Of a DNA stretch of 64,000 nt, positions 1 to 13,186 are shown in pieces. The notes under the pieces were generated by a model that had not been told where the DNA came from, made no database searches, and saw only the letters and a program-made list of their open reading frames with translations. A program made the translations under genes and the position numbers. Each line of letters begins with the position of its first letter. Position 1 is the first letter of the stretch. The DNA comes from Lama guanicoe (lineage: Eukaryota): NCBI GenBank assembly GCA_013239625.1, contig MU053594.1:584355-648354 (forward strand). The letters run 5' to 3'.

Positions 1-819
1 ATCCATCTGTGGTTCCAAGACTCAGCTCTGTTCTACTTTGTGAAGATGGAGGTTTGTGTTCCTGCCTCTCTTTTGCCTCGTTGCTTTGAGGTGACCTCTG
101 AGAGGAGAAGGGAGAAATGCCAGCTTTATGTCCCACTAGTCACAGTGGGAGGTGACTGTCCTAGCTGGCATTAACGTTACAACTCTGTTGCTGGGGAATG
201 AGCCACAGTAACGGGTGGCCCTGCCAGCTGTTGGGTGAGTCTTGAGGCACAGAGGAGACCAGGTGGGGATGAAGATGGTCTTACTCACAAGGGGGCCCTC
301 AGCTCCTGACAGTGACCCATGGGGCAGCTCTGTGCCGTGAGGCCCTAAAATCCCCTCTGCACGGCAGTGGCTCCATAACCTTAAACATGTTCGGTGCACA
401 GAGGAGCAAGAGTGTTCATCTTGCATTTACAGATGGAGCAGCCAAGGGTTAGAGAGGAAAAGAACGTCTCAGCAAATGAACCTTCTGGCTTCCAGCCATG
501 AGCTCGCTCTCCTCTTGAACGTTCTGTCTCATAAACCATCCTAGGGGCCTTGGTCTTAAGCATGGGCTCCCAGGAGGAGAACACTTGCAGGGCCCTTCTG
601 CACTCTCAGCCTCGGGGCCCGACACACCTGCCCCTGCATGTGGACTTTTTCCTCCAACTCCATGTCCATCCCGGCCAGTCACTGTCCTCTTACGCATCCA
701 TCAGATGTCAGCCCTCCTTGACCCTTCCTTCCCCGTCCTCTCTTGCCCTGTGGGTCTAATTAGGCCCCCTGGCCATGAGGTTCCTTTGTACCTCTTACTT
801 GTCCCATTGTTTTGAAAGG

Positions 820-1180
820 TTCTATGCTTGTTCCTTCACCCTCTCTCTTTCATATGCTTAGAACCCTCTTTCCCTTTGTTTCCCATTGTGGATTCCCTCA
901 TCTTACTTCGGTTTTTGCTCAAAAGTCATCTGCTCAGAGAGGCTGTCCCTGTCTCCCCTGTACAAAATAGCACCCCCCTCTTAATTACCCTCTAACCAGC
1001 TTGCTTTCATTCATAGCAATTTATTTTATTTTATTTATAGATGTTTTATTTGTTAATTGTCTATATTCCTCATCTGAGAACAAGTTTCATCAGAGCAAGA
1101 ATTTTATTTTTTCACATGTGGTGCTGTGTTTTCAGAAACTAGAAAAGTAATGGTACATAACAGACATGACATAAATATTA
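820..1180 (+). mobile_element. LINE2 (L2) 3' fragment, degraded
   Basis: L2-like motifs ctcaaaagtcatctgctcagagaggctgtccctg…gagaacaagtttcatcagagcaaga…ggtacataacag…ataaatatt. Confidence 0.6.
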
Positions 1181-2314
1181 TAGGAAGGGAGGAGGGAGGG
1201 AGGGAGGGAAGATGGCTGTATTCACACATTACACTGAACTAGCATTTATGTTTTACTTGTTTATCTCTCCCTTTAGACTGCCACGGCTTTGGGATGGTTC
1301 ACTCTAGTGCCCTAGCCAGAGGCCAATGGCTCCCTCTGCATAGTAGAGGTTCAATATATGTTTATTGAATTTAATCAAACACAGCATCTCTGCCCCCAAT
1401 GACTCTCAGAGTGAAGAAGTTTATTTGCAGAAACCTTGGGGAACAGGTTGATACCCGTTCTGGTACCCGCATCACCTGCTTCCTACCTCCAGGCGTTCTT
1501 GATTAGCGGAAGCACCAGTTGTGACAGGAATTTAAAAAAAAGTAATAAGTTCCATTTGATCAGGGGTGAGAAGTATGTCAGGAGGGCTAGCTACGGGCTG
1601 CCTCTACCCCTCTGCCCTAAGCAGGCGGAGCTGGTCTCCCTGTCAGCCTGCCTTACACACTATACCCAGACACACAGGTGTTCACTGAAGATGCTGGGAA
1701 AGAGAAGCACCCAGTCATCGCGAGAACTCTGGGAGTTCACTGACAGCCTGGGGAATGCTGATGGAAAGGACTCACCGGGATCAGGAGTACCTGGCTTTGT
1801 CCACTTGCGGGAACCTGTTTGCTTTCCCTCCTGGCCCCATCACTCAGCCTCAGCTTCCCAAAGAGAAATCGTCACTTTGAAGCCATGTCCTGAGAGCGTT
1901 TCTCTACCGCGGACCCATCTGGTGCTATCCAGCTGTGATCCCCTAGAAGAGCTCTCTGTGCTAAAAACCACAATTGTTCAGGCTCCAATAATTAATTGTG
2001 ATGTTTACCTCAGAATATGAAATTGCTCAATGTGCCAAGCAATTTGCCAGGAAAGGAAGAGGAAGCCTCAGGCCTGGGGATCCAGGTCCCATCCAATGTA
2101 CCCTGGCCTGTCCACTCACTGGAACTGGTGATGCAGGACAGGTCCCCAGAGGTCTATCGGTCCTGAAGTTCCCCACCAGGGGGCCAGGACAGCTGAGTCA
2201 GGGACTCAGCTGTGCGCTGTGCACAGTTGGGAACAAACTAGCAAGTAATAAAAATCGCAAATGATTTACTGCATCAAAATGCATAAATTATAGTGGAGCT
2301 AAAGTTATAGTTTA

Positions 2315-2635
2315 CTATTTACAAAATGGAAACACTCTCGCAGCCATAGAAAACAAACTTGCGGTTATTGGAGGGGAAAGGGCGGGGGAATGGAGGGCTA
2401 AACTGGGAGTTGGGGATTTGCAGATACTAACTACTGTATATGAAATAGATAAACAGCAGGGTCCTACTGTGCAGCACAGGGGACTGTATTCAATACCTTG
2501 TAACAGCCTAGAATGAAAAAGAACATGAAAAGGAACATAAATGAATCACTGAATCGCTATGCTGTATACAGGAAATTTACGCAACATTGTAAACTGACTA
2601 TACTTCAATTGTGAAAAATGGGAACAAAAAGAAAG
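2315..2635 (+). mobile_element. 5'-truncated artiodactyl-type L1 3'UTR with 15-bp TSD
   Basis: catagaaaacaaactt…gtcctactgtgcagcacaggg…acattgtaaactgactatacttcaatt. Flanked by TAAAGTTATAG(T/C)TTA at 2300-2314 and 2636-2650. Confidence 0.88.
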
Positions 2636-3374
2636 TAAAGTTATAGCTTATGACTTCATTGCACTTTGATAGCCTTCCGGGGTGGGGTGGAGCAGAGAGA
2701 AAGAACTGGGAATTATACTAGTGTGAGTGTCTCAGATTAAGAACATTGCCTCAGAAATCTCTACAGAAAAAGGCTGGAAATTGCTGAGCTGGTCCCAGCT
2801 TCTCGGCAAGGATGGAATCCCTTCTGTATCTCCTTGATACACAGTCCAGCCTCTGGTTGCAAACTGCCAGGGTGGCCTTCACGGCCTCAGATGGCAGCCT
2901 GATTAGACAGTAAGCTTTTATTGCTATTGAACTGTCTGTGGTTTCCAGATGTTGCCGTAATTTCCCTCCTAGAGAGAGAGGATCTTTCCCGCAAGTTGCC
3001 TAAAGCAGAGGCTGTCTCATACCCCCTCAATGGCCATTGACATCTCTTAGTGACACCAGTCCCTGCTCTTTGTGGCAGGGCTGTTGGAACCCACTTGCCT
3101 GCATGGCCTGGACAGAAGCACTGGGGAATGAATATCTTCGCAAAGGCAGCCCTTCATTGATGAGTGATGCAGGTAGGGCGTCCCCTGTTCCTTGGCCGAA
3201 TCCTGAGGCATGCTTATTGCACAGTTCTCCAGAGTTTTCCTGCAGGATTCAGCTCCAGTTACCTATCTGGAAGCTGGCTTTTTAACACACCCTTTATCGG
3301 CTGCCTTCCTCCCTGCTTGAACCCTTGGCTCAGAGGCTGCTTCTGGGGGAACCCAAACCAATAAAACTACCCAC

Positions 3375-3800
3375 AAAAGTACAAGAACTTTTTGGAGAAA
3401 ATTGAATGGAAACAAACAGAGAGAGGTAACATATTTGTTGATGTGAATACTTCATGCTGGAAAGTGACACTTTCTCCCTTATGAATCTTTACATTCGATG
3501 AATTGGAATCAGACTCCTAGGAGAGTATTTCAGAAATTTGACAAAATGATCCCCAAAGTCACACGATAGAATCAAAGGCACAAATAAATAACAGAATAAA
3601 GCAATTTTGAGAAGGAAGAACAAAGCAGGGGACCTTGCTTGGCCATCTATCAAGATGAAGTCAAAGCTGTAGAAATGCAGGCAGCATGGCGCAGCCCAGG
3701 AAAGAGGAAGTCGACCACAGGAAGCGGGCAGCCAGAGCCAGAGTGTGGGCGTGGTGGGGGCGGCGTCAGCGGTCGGGGGAAGGGAGGGAACCCGCGGCTG
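3375..3800 (+). mobile_element. Ancient L1 (L1M-type) ORF2 fragment
   Basis: gaaatttgacaaaatgatccccaaagt…gcaattttgagaaggaagaacaaagcaggggacc…caaagctgtag, typical of decayed L1 ORF2. Confidence 0.65.
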
Positions 3801-4552
3801 TCGATTTCTACAGAGATCAGAGCAAAGAAAAAGGGTCTGAACTCCAAGAGGGGTGCAGTTTGGGTAAAAGGAAGATCATCAGGTCTGAGGCCAGATGACT
3901 GAGGCGGAAAGTGGCCTTTCTCATTGGATAACTGGGAGCTCCTGTTTTGAGGATGCCTGGGCTGGTCCATTGCTCTGTGTTGTGTGTGATGTTTCCTGGT
4001 TTGACAAACATATACGCCTGGTTTCTCGGGACGGGTGGCACTGTTGGCCCCTGATAAATGTATCAGCAGAGCCCTGAGCATTTTGACACGTCACTCCCCA
4101 CTTAGCGCTTCTGTGATCTCACAGAGAGGCCGCACAGCAGGGTGATGAGAACCTCTCTGGACAGTGATGTGTCATGGGCTCTGGGAAAGTGGCAGCAGTG
4201 TGGGTGTGAGGAACAGGTGCTCATTTTCCTGGCCAGCATCGAGAGAGCCACGTGCTTCCTCTCACCAGTGTCTGGCCACTTCCACTCCCTGATCCCCAGA
4301 GTCGACACAGAGTGACACTGACACATGACTCCTGCAGACAGGGACCCGCACTAGGAGACACACACAGTGCCACACTGGCACGGGAACATGCCCGCATTCA
4401 CAGGCTGGAGCATGAGCCTCCCAGACTTGCTGAGAGGACCTCTGGGAGAGATTTGGTTTTTCATGACTAGATTCCATGGCAGGGCCCTTTCCTGGTGCTC
4501 AGAGCTGGCTTGGGTGTGGGAGACACTGTGCCTTCTACCCTGCCCTAAACAC

Positions 4553-4598
4553 CGTGCGTGCACGCACGCAAGCGCGCGCGCGCACACACACACACACA
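4553..4598. repeat. Alternating purine-pyrimidine tract, (GC)n(CA)n
   Basis: cgtgcgtgcacgcacgcaagcgcgcgcgcgcacacacacacacaca. Confidence 0.9.
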
Positions 4599-4606
4599 AA
4601 CGTTCA

Positions 4607-5090
4607 GTGACATGGTTAATTTTGTGTGTCAACTTGCCTGGGCCATTGGGTGCCCAAGATATTTAGTCAAATATTACTCTGGATGTTTCTGTGAAGGTGT
4701 TTTTGGATGAGATTAACATTTAAATTTGTGGACTTGGAATAAAGTAGTTTGCCTTCCCTAATGTGGGTGGGCCTCGTCCAATCAGTTGAAGGCCTGAATA
4801 GAACAAAAAGACCAGACTTCTTTGAACAAGAAAGACTTCTCCTGCAAACCACCTTTGGAGTTCATCTGCAGCATTGGTTCTTCTTGTTCTGTAGCAGATG
4901 ACCTTTGGATTCAAACTATAGCATCAGCTTTCTGGGGTCTCCAGCCTGCCAGCCCACCCAAATTTTGGACTTGCCAGCCTTCAGAATTGCATGAGCCAAT
5001 GCCCCAATGCCTTATAGTAAATCTCTTTGATTTATATTACATTATATTTACATCTTGTTGGTTCTCTTTCTCTAGAAAACTGACTCACAC
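4607..5090 (+). mobile_element. MLT2-family (ERVL) solo LTR, followed by (CA)n at ~5086-5109
   Basis: ggttaattttgtgtgtcaacttg…ggatgtttctgtgaaggtgtttttggatgagattaacatttaaat…ccaatcagttgaaggcctgaatagaacaaaaag. Confidence 0.85.
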
Positions 5091-8000
5091 ACACACACAC
5101 ACACACACAGAGTTTGCCCCTGAAGCTGTAGTTTAGAATGGGATTTGGCAACATAGCTGTCTTTTTCTCCCTCCCTTTCTTCCCTACTTCCATTCCTCTG
5201 CCTCATACCTGTCTGCACACTCCCTACGGAGCCCAGGGATAGATACAGATGGAGGCAGGAACTCTAGACCCAACATCCCAAGAGCAGGCAGGGAGGGGAC
5301 CCTGGGACTGACCCTTGGAGACTCTCCTGGAGGAGCTTGGCCCCAACTCCATTCCTGGAGTTTCTTCAGCCTTACGCAGACCTCCTGGAAAGTTCCCCGG
5401 GGCACTGCAGAATTACCTCTCCTGCCTGGGGGACAATAAGGCCTTAACAAGCTCTTGTTTCTCTAGCTGTTCCTCTTCCCAGCTCTGACTCCCTCCCTCT
5501 CCTCCCATTTCCACTCTCCATATACCTGGGAGGTGTAATCACTGCTGTTCGCAAATCCCTGAGCCCCTGGTCTCAGGGAGAGGAGCGTGCAGTGAAGGGG
5601 GCAACAGGCCAGGAGTCAGAGCAGGTCCCTGAGGCTCCTGCAACACTTCCCAGTCCAGTGACATTTTACCTGTCACCAAGCAGTGCCCTTTTCCTTGCCT
5701 GTGAGAGGAGGAACATGGGTAAGATGGTCTCCGAGGATGGGCCTTTGGGAAGCATTTTTCCTGTCCCAGTTGGGGTGTTGTGGAGAGAATGCTGGGTGTG
5801 CCAGAACTGGTGGGGACATATGAATATTTACTGAATATCGTTGGTGATGGAATGATAGGAAACCTAGATTTGAGACCCAGTTGTGTGACTTTTGCCAAAC
5901 CCAAGGACTCCTTAAATCTCAATTTCAGCAGTATCTGGGTATCTGGGTATCTCAGAGATGGCCATCCTGGGAGGTCACAACTGTGAAAGGAATGTTCCCC
6001 CTCAAAGTGGTCTAATTTCCTACACTGGACGCCATCCTTCTATAAAAACCCTCACGTTCGGGGCCATATTTTCTCAAGAATTTCCTGACATTTCCTGAGT
6101 GCCGAGTATTGTATTAGATGCACAGCCACCATATTTCATCATCTCAGCAAGTCGAGGCGGGACATTTTGTAATCAGCGTTTCACAGACATGGAAGGCGGA
6201 CTCAGATGGTGAAGTGACCCAAAGTCACAGAGCCAGAAAGCACCTGAGCTGAGATCTGAGCCCTCACTCTCCCATTTGTGCATTTGCTCCAGGCCCTTGC
6301 TCGGCAGGGGCGTGCAGCGGGAGATCAGCACGACGGGGCTTCTGCACCCGCGGAGCTTGGATCTCAGTATCCTGCCAGGAACCACCCCACTCTCCCTCTC
6401 CACGTGGTCTCTAGGACACCCCAGTCCTAAAACTAGGTCTTAAGACAGCTCTTGGTCCTGGTAGCTGCCCTTCCTGAGGCCAGCGGGAACCTCAGCAGCC
6501 CCTTGGGCTCAGGTTCAGGGATCCGGGTGAGCACTTGGCCTATGCAGTATTCCCACTGGTCATCCTGACTTCAAACATTTGTCTAGCTGCTGGGCACACC
6601 AATTCAGAAGCCCAGAGGGTAGCATCCTGGCATCCATTGTGCCTGAGGACTTGGAGCCCAGGACGGGCAAGCAGTGGCACCGGGCACCTTGGGGTGAGAC
6701 GGAGCAGACCTGATCATGAGATACCCCGTCTCACTCCTTTCAGTGGCTCCCCTTCCTGGAAAGTTAAAGAACCAGCCCCCTAAGTGGCTTACAAGGAGCC
6801 CCAGGTAACTCCTGCTGACCCAGGTCAGCTCCAGACTAGGCTAGGATCCCACAATTTGGGTGAGTCTCTCCCAGCAGATTTTATTCTAAATGTCTGATTG
6901 TGCATTTATGCCCAGCAGTCACCAGATTCTGGGGTTCCCCAGGGCACAGACATCCAGGCTTGAGTGCAGGGGCCTGGCACACAGATGGTATTTGAGAAAT
7001 ATTCGCTGAGTGAATGAATGAACACAGAGTTGAGTAAATATCCCTAGAGGCTGGGCTCAGATTGATGGGCACCTCCCTCCAGCCACCTCTTCCAAATGTT
7101 CCCCAGGCTGAGCCCAGCTTGCCCCTTCCCTGCCGGGGTCCATATTTAATGCAGCACCTTCAGGCATAAACATGCATCTTGCGGCCTCCAATCTTTCTCA
7201 TTAGGGGCCGAGGCTGATTGCTCGCCTCCTTTTCCTGGTGCTAATGAATGAATCATGCCACCCAGCAGATGGCCTTGTGCTTTGCTGGGGGAAAGCGCTC
7301 CCCACCTTTCAGGATCTGGTACTACCGGCCAACACAGCCCCCACATTGGATGGACCCAGGCACAGAGTTGCTGTCTTTGGGTGGAAGGTGGTCCAGGTGG
7401 CACCCCAACCCTAACAGTCTTCAAGATAAAGCCTCAACCTTTAGGCTGAGACTCGAAGCCCCTTCAGGCTTGATCTCCACTGACTGGGTTGGACTTTTGT
7501 TCTCTAAACCCCTCCTAGCAGAGCATTTCTTCCTCCTCCAGGAGATCATTCATGAAGTTCCCTGTGATTGATTCCCCTTCCTTATGTGTCTCTGGAGCTC
7601 ACTCATTGCAAGAAAAAAAACAAAGAAAAAAGAAAGCGACGCCTCTTCCATGAAACCCCCCGTGATCACCCCAATGCAGAATTCCCAGGTTCTCCTTATA
7701 CACGTACCATAGAATGTCCTCTAGCCTCAGCTCTGTCACTATGTCACTTTCCCTCCTGTCTCAGATTCCTTGTCTTTAGAGGAAAGAAAATCTCCCCACA
7801 TGCTTTTTATGTGGTTTAAATGACCATTCATTGAGCATTTACAAACATTTATTCTACATTTAGTTCAAAACATGCAGGACTAGATGCAGAAAACAAAAAG
7901 GCGAATAAAATATAGCCTCACCCTCAAGTAGCTTGTAGTTCAGCATTAAATAATCTGAATAATAATAACAACACATTTAGGCTTTCTAGGGCGCAGGGGG

Positions 8001-9954
8001 CTAAATGGTTTCTATACAGACAGATGTAAAGATCCAGAACACCAAGTTCTAAAGTGCTTTGAAATTAGAGTCGCAAGAAAACCGAAGATGATCTGGTCAT
8101 CATGACTCATCTTTAGATGTCTGTCTGTCCTGGCTTCCCAGTTAGGCTGTAAGCTCCATGACTCAGAATAGGACTCACGGTTCTCTGTGGCTCCCATGGT
8201 GCTCTCAGCAAAATACGTCTCCATCCCTGATTGTCTGCTGATGGGTTACTCTCCTTCCAGAACCGAGAAGACCAGAGGGCCTGCTGCCCAGTCAGAGGTA
8301 AATGCCACTGGATGCCTGGTCAACAGGGCCTGACAGAGGTCATCTCATCCAGCTCCTGCTATTGTCCAGGCCCAGCAGGTGAAGAACAGTTGTCCTTCTT
8401 TGAAGGGCTTCGGAGTAGAAACATCTGCTTTTCCCAGCAGGTCCTGAGTTCTGACCTCTTGTTCTCTGAGAATTCTTCTCTTGGTTTTACACCCTTCACC
8501 CAGATCTTTGCTCTGAAATGTCCCTCGACTGCAAGGACAGAGCTGTGTCCTTACACCATCTTTCCTCGCTTGTCCTGTGCTCAGCCGAGCCTCCTCCTTC
8601 CCAAGTCAACAGGTGTCCAAGGCTGTGGCTGCTCCAGGTTCCATGTGGGGGAAAATGCAGGCACAGTGGGTTGGTGGGAAGGACTGAGCACCAGGGGGCT
8701 TGGAGCAGGTCTGACTCTGGAACTGCCCCACCTCCGCCCACACCCCAATTCTGCCTTCAGAAGGTAAAGAGCATCTCCAGTCCTTCCTCACTTTCCGGGT
8801 CACTGGGAGGATCCCGTGGTCTGTGAGTTAATGGACTTCACCACCTGGATTGTGTGAAACAGCTGATGGGGCATCATTATCTACATTTTAAAGAGGAATA
8901 TCTAGGCTTTGAGGTTTTTTAGATCTTTTTTTTTTAAACTGAAATAAAGTAGCTTTACTAAACATAATGGTCAAGTTCAGACCCTTCCTCTTCTCTGGGA
9001 AGAAAAGCAACAGGGACCCCAGGATTGCTCAAGCCACATCAGGGGCCACCATACGAGCAGGCACAGTCTTTCGCTGCCTGGGAAAGGGGGCAGGTGCTGC
9101 AGGTGGGTCGGGGAGAGGGGTGAACTCATGTCGTCCTGGGCAGGAGAGGGGGCAAGCGGGGAGATGACCCCCGTGTCCAGCCGGGAGCATGGTGTTCCTC
9201 GGGACCCAGCCCATCTCTGGGTCACTTCACAAAAGGTCACTGCACCTGCATGGAGAATTTTCCAGCTTTTAATGAAGTCACCAAGGCAGTGCGTCGGTAA
9301 AGTTCAGCCTCTAATCCCCAATTAAGGCACTGGGCCTTAGCTGCATCCGGCATCTGGTTGTCAACAGTTACGGTAATTGTGTTCCTCACCCTCTCCCTCA
9401 TGCTCCCCAGTACAACTTCCAGTGGGAAGGGGTCTTTCCTTCAGGCTCTGGATGACCGGAGACCCCTCCCCAGGGTGAGTGGGGGAACCGCTGGGCTCAG
9501 CGTGGCCTCCAGCTCCTACTTTTCTGTCCCTCCTGGGCCCCTCCCCTGCTCCCTTCAGTGTCCTCACCCTATGTCCCTTGTGGCCTTAGGCTATTTATTA
9601 AGACCCGACTCTGTGCCATTTGGAGTCATTCAATTCTCAAAATAAGCTTTCAAGAAGCGGGGACCCCCTACCCCCTTTTACCAGAGGGGGAGCAGAGGGT
9701 CTTAGAAGACACAGATGGGAGAGGGCAGAGCTCAGACCGATTCTGGGTCTGCGTAGCCCCAGGTCCTTCACACACTAGTCTCCCTCCACCATTGACGTGA
9801 CATGGGCCCTGCAGGGGCCTGGGGCTTCAGACAAGACAGGATGACCACGTCGCTGTCAAACAGCCCAACTGCAGGCAAGATGGCCGCCATTTTGACCCAG
9901 TGGCTGGCACTGGGTGATGCTGAGTATTCAGTTTTCACGTGAAAGGGGTACATT

Positions 9955-10200
9955 CAGGTACTGTCTCAGCACCACTTGTTTCATTTAGCATCACAGCAAT
10001 CCTGCCAGATAAGTAAGTTTATCTTATTCCCCTTCTACAGATGAACAAACGGAGACACACAGAGATTACATTTATCTACAGATGGAACCTATTTAACTTT
10101 GTAGGTAGAAAATGAAAAAGAAGTCATCCACTTCATATGCCTCAGCCTAATTAAAAGTCAACTAGCCAGGTTTTGAACCTGGTTCTTAATTTCAAAACCC
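9955..10200 (-). mobile_element. MIR SINE (interrupted)
   Basis: ttattccccttctacagatgaacaaacggagacacacagag core; ccaggttttgaacctgg. Confidence 0.6.
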
Positions 10201-11475
10201 CTGCCTTCCCTAATATAGCATTGCCTTCTTTCTGAAGTTTTTGAGAACGGGATGATGACGTAGAAGAGGACTTGTGCATGCAGAGTAGAACACGTGTCCC
10301 GCTCTCCTCTTTCTGCTTCGGAAGGCCCTTTCCTGCTCTACAGGCACCGACCTGGGGGGACTTTCCTGAGCAGGAGCTGTCTCTAAGGGCTGCTGAGCAG
10401 AAGCAAACTGGTTAGACTTTGGGCTTGGAACAACCACAACAATATAGACAAACAAACCACTCTCTAAGTAGCGATGCATGGAGCAGTGCCCAAGTAGACA
10501 GAGGTTCTTGGATGGCATTGGTCCTGATGGGGCAAATGGGAGACAGAGACCCCTGAAGAAAGGGAGTGGGCTGGGGTCTTACTACATGGCTACCTCGGGT
10601 TTAGCAGAACAAGCACCTCTCATCAGAGACAAACTCCCAGTTGTAGACGTGCAACTGGGGTTGACTTTGCTTCCTAAAAGTGGACAAGGGGGCCAGCCCC
10701 CCAACACCACAAAAATGTAGGCATCATTTCCTAGCCACCAGGAAAGTCAGCTTGGGAGGCAAAGGACATTTTCCATTTTAATCTCCATTAGAGTGTCACT
10801 GAAGCGTGTGGCATTAGAGCCTTTCGGGAACTCACAGACTTCCCTTCAACATGCCCTCAGTTTATAGATAAGGAACTTGAAGCTGAGAACAAACCTGCCC
10901 AAGACGGTGAGCTCACAGAGGGTTGGGACCAGGTTTTTTAAATTTCTCAGCCCACAGTGTTGGGCAAAGTGCCTGAGTCACGGTAGGTGCTCAAAAATGT
11001 TGGAAAAACATTGACAAAAATGTTGACAAAAGAGTGAAAAATAGAATAAGATGAGTGATGTCTGCCACTGGCCTCCTCCCCTAGAAATGATGGCGTCTCC
11101 GTGAGCACAGGAGCATCTGACTTCAAAACAGATTTCATGGTGTTAATGGGGGGAGGCCATTTCAAGTTCCAGTCTGTGGTCTGACCAACCCGAGGGGCTG
11201 AAGTGGGCTTCTTCCCTGCACAGGACAAGCACTGAGAACTGTGTCCTAGGAACTGTGCCCTGGACCTATCCTCTCCAACTTCTCTGCTCTGATCACTGCC
11301 TGATGAAGGGTACTGAAGGCATTTAGCCAGCTAGCATGCACACTGTGACTGTGTCCATCTACAGAGAGGCTTTGCTGACCTCCCCGACAAGGCTCAGTGA
11401 AGACCCCTGTATCCCCAGCCCCTGCTTTCGTACAGTTCTTTCACCCCTAAGCCACAACGATGGAATCATCCACAA

Positions 11476-11612
11476 CACTTTAAAAATGCTGATACCTGGG
11501 TCCCTCCCCACAAGAGATTCTGATTTAATTGTTTTGGAGCATGGCCTGGGCAGCAGGATTTTCAAAAGTTCTCCAGGTGTTTCTAACATGCAGCCAAGTC
11601 TGAGAACCACTG
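11476..11612. mobile_element. MER5-like hAT-Charlie DNA transposon
   Basis: gagattctgatttaattg…ctccaggtgtttctaacatgcagccaagtctgagaaccactg. Confidence 0.8.
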
Positions 11613-12679
11613 CATAAGCTCCGTTGTCCCCCCATCACCTAACAGAGTCCTCGGCACTCAAAGGATGCTTGTTGAAGGAAGGAAGGAAAGAAGAAGGAAT
11701 GAATTAATGCAGAGATTTGTACTCACAATTGGGCAACAGAATAATCTGGGAAAGTTTTGCAAAACACATGAGCCCCAGTCCAAAACTCCTTCCCCTCTCC
11801 AGTCTCCTCCATCCCCCATCCTATATCTTCAGATTCAGTTTGTTTGCCTATAGTTTGAGCTTGTGTGCTTTGAAAAAAACAAAACAAACAAACAAACAAA
11901 ACTCTCTCCATGTGGTTCTGATGTGCAGATCTGTTTGGGACTAAGAAACAGAAGCAAAGACTGAGCATCCTGGTGATTCAGGAAGTTGGTGAGGAGCCTT
12001 CCTCTAGTCTTCTTCCCTTTCACTCAATTCGCAAAATAAGCAGCACCTGCTGGGGAGACAAGAAGCAACTCCTTCCCCCTTCCTGTCTCTCCTTCTCCTT
12101 CCTAGGAGCCAGTAATTCCTGGAAATGGGAGGCATGGCCTTTTCTCTCTCGATTCCAACTTGCACGTTGCTGCCTTGTTGTTAGTGCATAGATTGGATTG
12201 GAAATTGAGGGCATGGTGAGAAGGGGGAAACGAGAATGGGGAGGAAGGATGAGCCAGTTCGGAATTTGGTGATTAATTCCTCGTGTTCAGCTCAAGCCAG
12301 CTGGACCTTGAAACCTGAAGAGCTGTTTAAGCTATTTACCCTGCAGTCACCAGGGACACAAGGGAGTAACAGGGAAAGCCATGGATGAGGGTGAAGAAGG
12401 AAAGGACCAGACAGTCAGCCCCTGCAGGCAGCGTGGAGTGACTGCTCTCTACTCATCTGCTACCAGAAGGTGGTAGAGTGGAGACACACACCTTCTCCTT
12501 GTCCTGCGGGGCCCTCGACAGCCAGGCAAGGAGACGCAAGGGATGTGAATCAGAGACCGGAACTGAGCCCAGGAATCTGCAAACCCTCAACAGCCGGGCT
12601 TACAGCAATTTTGAATAGAAACAGTAAGATAATGTACATAAGAACAACAAAACTACAGAAGTGGATCTTTTCCTATCAA

Positions 12680-12865
12680 TGTCCAGTGATCTTTTCTGCA
12701 GTGGTGGAAATAGTCTACGCTGTGCCGTCTAACATGGCAACCACTGGCTACACGTCATACTTGAAGTGTGACTAGTATAGGAAACCGATTTTTAATTTTT
12801 TTTTTATGTTAGTGAATTTAAATTTAAATAGTCACATTAGCTAGTGGCAGCCCTATGGGATCATG
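12680..12865. mobile_element. MER3/MER33-like hAT DNA transposon
   Basis: aacatggcaaccactggctacacgt…atttaaatttaaatagtcacattagctagtggc. Confidence 0.7.
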
Positions 12866-13186
12866 CACATCCATGCAGAGAGCGGAATGGGTAGGGAGGG
12901 AGCAATGTGAGCCTGGGGTCAGCGAGGAGAAGAAAAACACTGGCACATAAGTTGGGCAAAAATTTCAAGTCCCTGTTGTGTGGGGTGGAATGCTTCTTTG
13001 CTCCCTTATAGTGAGAGCCAGGCTCTCTGAGCTGTGCCTTCTTGTGATCTTGGGCTAATGTGGAGAATTCTTATCCTCATGGCCCCTCCAGCACCACGAA
13101 GGGAGGCTACCACTGAATCCTGCAGCACTCAAGGGAGGAACAATTCCATTCTTCCATTGAAACAGTTCTCAAAACCTTCCCATAGA

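Noticed and set aside
1436..2020. 194-aa ORF (likewise 8231-8767, 49236-49796, 57237-57890)
   Set aside because: Several start at non-ATG codons, none shows recognisable homology, and the composition is typical of non-coding DNA.
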